IMG/VR virus record: IMGVR_UViG_3300042507_001934
Span: 1 to 54,607 of that record
Origin: a virus
Taxonomy: Duplodnaviria > Caudoviricetes
Direction: 5' to 3' (one strand)
Length of the DNA stretch: 54,607 bases
Position 1 is the first letter of the stretch, and each line of letters begins with the position of its first letter. This document shows positions 50,001 through 54,607 of this stretch, one piece after another. The notes under the pieces are model-generated. The model was not told the DNA's origin, did not search any database, and worked only from the letters and a program-made list of their open reading frames with translations. Made by a program: the position numbers and the translations under genes.

Positions 50001-51390
50001 CTTTAACCTTTGGCGCAGGCGCAACCTCTACTGGTGGCGTGACTACTTGTTCTACTGGTGCGGCCTGCGTAGGTTGAACTGTCAAGGATTGCTTGACAGT
50101 TGGCTCTGCGGGTGCGGTAATCGTTTTTGCTAACGCTGCCTGCTGTTCTTCTATCGTGGTTATCGTTTCCGATAATCCAAACTTGGCAGCTTCAGTTTTA
50201 AGTGTAGCCAACTTCTTTTGGTCTGCCGCGATGTCCAGTCTCAAGCTACTCGCTTCTGGTGAAGTAGATTCAAGTGCATCCAAGTCTTGTCGTTTGTTAT
50301 CAATGCCCCGCTCCAGCCTTGTGATCTCTGTAGAGAGTGCTTGCGCTGCTGGATTATCAGATTCCAAGTCGCGCATCCTGCGGTTAGCTTCCTTTTCAAT
50401 ATCGGTAAGAGCCTTCTGTTCTGGACTCGCAGCTTCGATAGCACCCGCCGCGCCACCGACAACGCCTCCAGCAACGATTCCGGTTGTAGCACTTTCAATC
50501 GCACCTTGAAATGTCGGGACATTAAATCCTTCTCTCTGTAGTGCTATGTTAGGAGCAATCGCTTCTTGTGCGCTTTGGACACCTTCAATTGGGGATTCTG
50601 TGCCAATACCTTTCAAGATACCTTTGATAATATCTTCACCTACATCCTTACCTTGTTTGGAAAGAACGCGAGTCAAAATAGCTTCAGCACCCGTAGATGC
50701 GGCGAGAGCGTTCAGTCCACCGCTGAGAAGAAGTTGATCCAAGTTTTTGCCATTATACGCTTGCGCCCGTGAAGCGATAGGCTCAATCTGATCTTCTGGG
50801 ACACCTTGCTCACGAAGATAGTCTTTAGTGCCTTGGTAGATATTCCCCTTACCCATACCTACGCCTTGGGCAAATCCAGTTCCAATAGTAAGACCAACCT
50901 GCGCGGCTTTAGACAACTGCGCGGCTTTGCCTGCCACACCAAATACTAATTGGGGAACCATATACCCCAAAGTATTTGCAGTCATCTCTGCTGGTGCAGA
51001 TGCAAACGCTTCAAATCCCGCCGCAACTTTATCTAAGAATCCACCATCTTTAGCCTTCTGTAGAAGCTCTGATACTCGCTTGGAATCTTTCTTTGATTCA
51101 GCAGAGAGTATGCTATCCATGTAGTCCTCATAACCAGCGATGGATTTGGATACTTCATTATCCGCGCCAAACAAATCCGTGTATCCCCTCACCGCACTAC
51201 CTACACCCTTGGCAAACTGAATAGGTATATCAGCAGCTTGGCGCAAGAATCCAGATGACTCTGGTTCTATATTTTTATTTATTGATGGATCGTATTGATC
51301 TAAAAATGATGTTGTGCTGGATGCAGGTTCTTGACTTACGCTCCTTTTATTAGAAGGATCGTATTGATTTAGAAAATCTTCTGCTGTCAT
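44023..51390 (-). CDS. Giant internal virion / ejection protein (polyvalent-like)
   Basis: 2455 aa; last of three internal-protein genes; Gly/Ala-rich membrane-like N-terminal region and long helical body. Confidence 0.7.
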   Translation of the reverse strand: MTAEDFLNQYDPSNKRSVSQEPASSTTSFLDQYDPSINKNIEPESSGFLRQAADIPIQFAKGVGSAVRGYTDLFGADNEVSKSIAGYEDYMDSILSAESKKDSKRVSELLQKAKDGGFLDKVAAGFEAFASAPAEMTANTLGYMVPQLVFGVAGKAAQLSKAAQVGLTIGTGFAQGVGMGKGNIYQGTKDYLREQGVPEDQIEPIASRAQAYNGKNLDQLLLSGGLNALAASTGAEAILTRVLSKQGKDVGEDIIKGILKGIGTESPIEGVQSAQEAIAPNIALQREGFNVPTFQGAIESATTGIVAGGVVGGAAGAIEAASPEQKALTDIEKEANRRMRDLESDNPAAQALSTEITRLERGIDNKRQDLDALESTSPEASSLRLDIAADQKKLATLKTEAAKFGLSETITTIEEQQAALAKTITAPAEPTVKQSLTVQPTQAAPVEQVVTPPVEVAPAPKVKGDFTPPQNWEETYKAAVEGSLPEKSFYSMYPDEFLLTVSQSTDDNATLNSVLDKIDPEKSKNKKGEYVVWEIATRPNISSEVKARAENLFKQIAPEKNIIQPVQFENISEEQQISDIKNKGIEATHYSKAPMELKKEADLSESFDNVFDNGFYAMEPSDELYWSYIYKLGNYKNKIKVNPKNPILITPETLRKYGYDAIKQRIDNKDYDAIIVRGWREDQYQKITDLAEKNLQKNIPQGKATKEQRNAELDKASLKLLNVSWDDYSKLSDSNWNQNQIFIPTNLAPEIISTTPAVSETITKPKIGQKGGVLIPTKEDFIQAGQNIYEAGMEFGAWAKQMIQRFGDAVREFLGEVWQAVSGAPAKLNELMGYLPKKGETGAVNVGKGKIGEKAKSVEKPAQPAPEQPTPTPEKPTEPVTETPSAARKKIMGEEIGELKDTPKNIIAKTKALLRERVFDPTKVTEQNTIEAFRALGKLTGNKQERRDFADELNDIAAIVEDTGAASEVSMGAALFVNDLFEYAVRLAAEGQKMMLGIMMTNINRLPTGTEGRSDAGRALRAAREMKDTFLTMAQAEQDAFINYAAEFVYGPNPTKEQVDSIQIGYDAVEKVEEPTAEELTDELNEVGKKTGTDLVAKIEDEIAQATSTAKDPIVAAMLALQKLGGGTIETKYLPYSKRASSRFEGVKKILKEGLSNYRQKMVEGAATGLETGFWKTLSNEENKPGSLGELDAAQNRELGSIVKSMLISLGLKGTPPNTKMSIYEQVASILGEKPLSQDKIKLADENIRAEIKRKREKELDDTEDSDEQDAINVKYDGIENAWDKAMAQQLDMPISESTLRRLIFNELKEENTSIVKLVKMMDENPNDAISKQDGLINAIIEKISKIKFVYPSSADYTLLKENLENQLQGLIQERLLKEAAAKAKAKIAKEAKGSVDLQAEKAENEAQKQIDEFAKIQSDTISWFVEAKPAKQKVESVLKTIRKAIRDALKLDAGEANDFVQKWKPAFIEKLVKLGVKDSSASILASVVGRQIEVNSMSKKIELQQNEVDSQMQKIQNQAKSEIGKLAKIQSDTPSFEVKLPSEAKMNPVRDAVKNALKLNLNKMFDPKQSGEIISNFKKSFVKELKGLGVEETAADILADVVGRQIEINSLNNQLKSIDRAIEKGSISEIVKAIKDTPLEEQQNPNWRYEVMRDYLRRAGLNVAQSERIAKLMDISLQKRFTMAQEQAFTDAISKTAPWKAGDTRSRRAFQKVLQALRAGALDPARNVLSDMAALNGWTGFTPEQYKVLLKNDAILSNPESADATKAEAHKAIQDVISKAKLPIRARDVIGQYYDAQALSGIPTLTVNAFSPIAFAMRNAIVEIGSGTLKGNPKAITNAATALVDSIKSWANTVAFSFKNNVTVYSNVDYIVNDDNLLRLYRKGVDQFTKSKNPKERADGVKNMMVGMMDYVRRMLNALDYGAIASLQNQNISKYSMAVMKRQGMSTKEGNEMFAVMMKAKNDFYLEQIAIGTDKNKASILADEFYISSWNNALTKAGVEKSDIKQAMDAAINDALSSVGRNRQSLDSLKDESTKLKDAGVASMPALWLLESMASASNQTESQILKLFSRIIYGYAIVPARVIRETAWFSPYGFVRFGYDWLAKKMNKTSPYAQSLGTDVQYSQRLNEAIAGTVALIALASLRAGSTDEPEEDEFKIVFTGNGPKRSDDPQFYDSWYKAGNKPNTMSVYFGKSKFDLNMMRGFEAFTWPAMTLGALDDLEIRKKQKRDAKTGTQLEDASIVAGFVFDAALRRGPYAFTTKSLFGTYGDIGVEGVAKGLTFPAKTLIPVLGTSLASNISNFINDPIDRRTLDGAVWSNIPFIGPAVAPKSLNAFGEPALSTDFASKMFKLGVPIVYDIPTDRESIMLHELVLSKGGGPSIPTRNQLAQRLDRDPTNKEYEMFVKEYGAVLTKSMKKNYEKLSAMKPEAYSKVVERIGNRARDIAENKVRVATKKP

Positions 51391-53312
51391 TGCATCTTGA
51401 ATTGGTTTTTGAGAATAGAATCCGCTTGCGCTCTTGTCAATAATCCAGATTGCAATGCTTCACCAACTTCTTGTGGAGTATCATACTTTCCTTGCAATAT
51501 CTTCTTTTGCTTTTTAAGTTGTGCAATTTTTTGAATGTCAGCTTGAGCTTCTTCTGATGTTTTACTTCTTGCAGGTATATTTCCTTCAGACGCAAGGCGA
51601 CCGCCTCTTTCAATAGTTGTAGAACTCAACCGCTTGATTTGTGCGTCAATATCCTTAATCCGCGCTTCAACATTCTTGGCTGTTTCTCCAGCTTTAGCGA
51701 CTTGTCCTTGATCGACTAACTTTTGTAGAGCCATTGCCTCTTCTGGTATTTCTGGAATTGCTGCGGCTGGTGGAGGTTGAGTCGCTGGCAGTCCACCTTG
51801 AGTTGGTGCGGGAGTGGTGGTAGGTTGTTGTCCTTTAAGATAAACCCTATCCATTTTGTTTGTGTTGGAAATAGGAACAACCATTTCAATAGATTGTAAA
51901 AGTTCAGCATCTTTTCCTGTTACCAATACTTTTTGTTCTCTATTCTTTTTATTGATAACTTCAAAACTTGCCGAAACATCTTCAATTTCACCCTCTTTAA
52001 TATTACCCTTTGAAGCTGGAACGGATTTGATTTCTACATTCTGCCATCCACCTGCGTTTGCATAAAGATCGCGCAAATCTCGCCTTCCATTTACGACATT
52101 GAATGCTGTTTGCAATCTTTCAATACTTGCCGCCGCTCCGTTATTTGGTTCGTATCCGGTTATCTTACCTTGTGCATTACGACCTTTTTCTACATTGCGT
52201 AGGTATTTGATACCGACCAGCTCTGGATCAACTACTCCAGCATTAACTTGAGTGAATCCAATTTGCTCAGTATTTAAATTTGGCAAATCATTTTGAAGCG
52301 CATCTTGATTATCGTAAACGATACTCCTTTCTGAATTCATTTGCTTTTTCTCTTTAGGACTTGCGGAGTTATACTTATCAGAATTTTTTGCAAATGTCTC
52401 AAGCAATCGCTCACTTGGCTCGTATGGTTTTGCTCCAAGTTGGGTAAAGGATGCGGCGGGAGACTCTAAAGTAAATGGTTGATTTGGTGTTGCTGCAACT
52501 GGAGTTTCGGTTGTCGGAGTTACCATTGCTGGAATACCTGTTGCTGGTTGAGGAACTTCATCTGGAAGTAGCACAGCATTTGTAACATCTTGTGCGGCTT
52601 GTTCGATTGTTGTTCTATCAGTTGAAGTTAATGGAGTTCCCGCACTCCTTGGCCCTCCAATGCCTGCCGCGCCCTCATACGATTGTTGGAAAGAAGTATC
52701 TTGACCATATCCAAGTTTTTGCTGCCTATAAGCAATGTCTGAATCAAGCCTTTCCTCATCTAAATCAAGTCGTTGCAATTGAATATCAATACGAGCTTTT
52801 TCATTTTCATCTCGCGCATCGTAATATTCCCTTTGAAGTTTAAGGCGTTCTTCTTGGATACCGAGTTTTCTTGCGTCCACTTCAGCTTTTGCTGTTGCTT
52901 GATCTCGTCTTAACCCAAGAAGGGAGTTTTGGTAATCTGACCTTGCACCATACATTTCTTTGGTTGCCTCAATCTGACTCTTCCTCAAGAAGTCATCCGC
53001 TGCCACTTGATTCATCTTAATTCCAGCTTCCAATGCTGGCATCATAAATGGATTCCTCGCAACTGATGGATCAGTCAAGAATGGCATCAGCTTCGCATAC
53101 GCCTCGCCAGTCTGTCCTTTTCCAGCAAGATTCATCGACTCCTGCATACTCTGTTGCAAGAATGGTAGCATCTCCTGCGCTTGCTTCTGCTGCTCGCGTT
53201 GAGCTAACGCTTGTCCTACATTCTGACCAAGTTTAGCCAAAGAATCTCCAACCCATGCGGTAGATTCCGATGCGCGATTGGTTCCTGTCATTATGAGTTC
53301 TGCGATAGACAT
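51387..53312 (-). CDS. Internal virion / ejection protein
   Basis: 641 aa, Q/E-rich coiled coil; synteny analogous to T7 gp15 / P22 gp20. Confidence 0.6.
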   Translation of the reverse strand: MSIAELIMTGTNRASESTAWVGDSLAKLGQNVGQALAQREQQKQAQEMLPFLQQSMQESMNLAGKGQTGEAYAKLMPFLTDPSVARNPFMMPALEAGIKMNQVAADDFLRKSQIEATKEMYGARSDYQNSLLGLRRDQATAKAEVDARKLGIQEERLKLQREYYDARDENEKARIDIQLQRLDLDEERLDSDIAYRQQKLGYGQDTSFQQSYEGAAGIGGPRSAGTPLTSTDRTTIEQAAQDVTNAVLLPDEVPQPATGIPAMVTPTTETPVAATPNQPFTLESPAASFTQLGAKPYEPSERLLETFAKNSDKYNSASPKEKKQMNSERSIVYDNQDALQNDLPNLNTEQIGFTQVNAGVVDPELVGIKYLRNVEKGRNAQGKITGYEPNNGAAASIERLQTAFNVVNGRRDLRDLYANAGGWQNVEIKSVPASKGNIKEGEIEDVSASFEVINKKNREQKVLVTGKDAELLQSIEMVVPISNTNKMDRVYLKGQQPTTTPAPTQGGLPATQPPPAAAIPEIPEEAMALQKLVDQGQVAKAGETAKNVEARIKDIDAQIKRLSSTTIERGGRLASEGNIPARSKTSEEAQADIQKIAQLKKQKKILQGKYDTPQEVGEALQSGLLTRAQADSILKNQFKMQ

Positions 53313-53321
53313 AGCTTTTTA

Positions 53322-54398
53322 TTATCCGTATCCTCCTGTTAATGCCCTTGAAGCAGAGGCTGATGGTTGCAATCTTGGGCCTTTATAAGTATCTGTCATT
53401 GTATCTACTTGTCCACCTAAATATTGTAAATTAGGATTCGATACCCTGCTAACATAATTAGCAGAACCTCCCGCGCCACCAAGCATTTGAGCATATCCAC
53501 CCATACCTCCACCCATACCGCCAGCACCAAACGAAAGTCCTTGTTGTGCAGCACCAATATTACTCATGCCCATCAACGCTCCAGAAGTAGCCTTGCCGAT
53601 GTCAGATACACCTTGGCCGACTGCTTGCTGTGCAGCGTAACTTGCGGCGATGTTTTCTTTGTTTGCTCCGTAGATGTTCTGGTAAACTCCAGCAGTCATT
53701 CTTGCTTTTTGCAATCCTACTTCTGCTGCTGCTGTTTGGAATCCGAGTTGAACCCTACCTACATCCAATGGGTCTGCTGTAAATGCTCTCGCCAACTGCT
53801 GCCAATTCATTGCTGTGTTTTGAATTTGAGAAGTAGCAGCCAATCCTTGTCGTTGAAGATCAAGCGAAGTTAATCCAAATTGTCTTGGAACTAATGCTTG
53901 TGCTGCTTGGAATCCCCCCGCTCGGCCTGCTGTTGCTGGGTTAAATCCTGCCCCACCAAACTCGGCAATGTTACGCATGGTTTGTTCTCTGACATCTTGT
54001 GGGATTTCTCCCCTCAAGTATTGGTCAGTAACATCCATTGCTTTGTTGATTTGACCAACTGATCTTGCTCTTAATGCCGTTGCTCCGGGCTGAAACTTTT
54101 CTACTTGCTGTCTATTGTATTCTGAAATCTGTGCAGCATCTCCAATCATTGCTCCAAGGTTATACTCTGGTGCTTTAACCGCATCAATCATTCCTTGAAC
54201 TTTGCGTTGTCCTTTCTTATATGCTGCCGCTGCCTTGCCTTGAGCTTTCTTTGCTCTATCTGCTGCCGACATTGAAATACCAGCAGCAGTTCCAGCGGCA
54301 GCTACAGCTACCACACCAGCGGCAATAGCGAATCCGCTGGAGTGAAACATCTGAGAATGTTTATCGTTGCCTAATGGGTCTGGTAGAAGAAATCTCAT
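53322..54398 (-). CDS. Internal virion / ejection protein (P22 gp7 / T7 gp14-like position)
   Basis: 358 aa; hydrophobic Ala/Gly N-terminal helix; G/A/Q-rich. Confidence 0.6.
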   Translation of the reverse strand: MRFLLPDPLGNDKHSQMFHSSGFAIAAGVVAVAAAGTAAGISMSAADRAKKAQGKAAAAYKKGQRKVQGMIDAVKAPEYNLGAMIGDAAQISEYNRQQVEKFQPGATALRARSVGQINKAMDVTDQYLRGEIPQDVREQTMRNIAEFGGAGFNPATAGRAGGFQAAQALVPRQFGLTSLDLQRQGLAATSQIQNTAMNWQQLARAFTADPLDVGRVQLGFQTAAAEVGLQKARMTAGVYQNIYGANKENIAASYAAQQAVGQGVSDIGKATSGALMGMSNIGAAQQGLSFGAGGMGGGMGGYAQMLGGAGGSANYVSRVSNPNLQYLGGQVDTMTDTYKGPRLQPSASASRALTGGYG

Positions 54399-54460
54399 TT
54401 GATTAAGTCGGTTCGGTTATGCCGCCACTTCTGCACCCTTGGGTCTTCCTTGGCGATGTG
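54395..54460 (-). CDS. 3' end of the junction-spanning cupin-like gene
   Basis: In-frame continuation HIAKEDPRVQKWRHNRTDLIK*; its TGA overlaps the ATG of 53322..54398. Confidence 0.8.
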   Translation of the reverse strand, partial: HIAKEDPRVQKWRHNRTDLIK

Positions 54461-54607
54461 GGGATTAAAGTCTCTTGAAGTGATGCTGTCAATAATTTCG
54501 TCTGGATCAGTTAAGTCTGTGACATGGCAGGTAGTCCAGATTGTATCTTTGTGAGTAGCCAGCAAACGCCTTGTTCCTGCTTCTGTAATGCCGCTGTAGC
54601 CTGTTTT
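54461..54607. repeat. Terminal direct repeat, copy 2; unit genome length 54,460 bp
   Basis: Repeat of 1-147; a gene reads through the junction without a stop. Confidence 0.97.

Larger units (their letters stand above)
1389..52323. repeat. Dispersed 14-bp palindrome TATCG-KWWM-CGATA, 22 copies
   Basis: Starts at 1389, 3899, 4336, 6757, 9128, 12846, 15442, 20385, 22544, 24372, 25766, 27148, 31600, 34065, 36343 (one mismatch), 38086, 41759, 43904, 45465, 49105, 50161, 52310. Confidence 0.92.

Overview
This is an apparently complete ~54.46 kb tailed-phage genome of podovirus-like organisation. It is assembled as a circle: bases 1-147 repeat at 54461-54607 with one synonymous mismatch. A leftward virion module holds the portal, scaffold, major capsid, collagen-like fibres, lysis genes, tail adaptor/nozzle and three ejection-type internal proteins, one of 2455 aa. 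The large terminase is transcribed divergently. A rightward module holds a replication initiator, C5 DNA methyltransferase, DnaB, Holliday-junction resolvase, glycosyltransferase, SAM methyltransferase and dCMP deaminase. An early region, an SF2 helicase and a leftward SSB/exonuclease block follow. I see no integrase, DNA or RNA polymerase, reverse transcriptase, CRISPR array or canonical tRNA. The most unusual signals are: (1) 22 copies of the palindrome TATCG-KWWM-CGATA spread around the whole genome, inside and between genes; (2) seven translationally coupled small ORFs built from constant DNA blocks (TPETDA, ERERDEAR, K-E-T-K-ATGA junction) separated by unrelated variable segments; (3) a methyltransferase locus read in two full-length overlapping frames that split the conserved motifs; (4) a tandem cluster of self-closing structured RNA-like units after terL. 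All product calls come from motifs and synteny read by eye; no searches were run.
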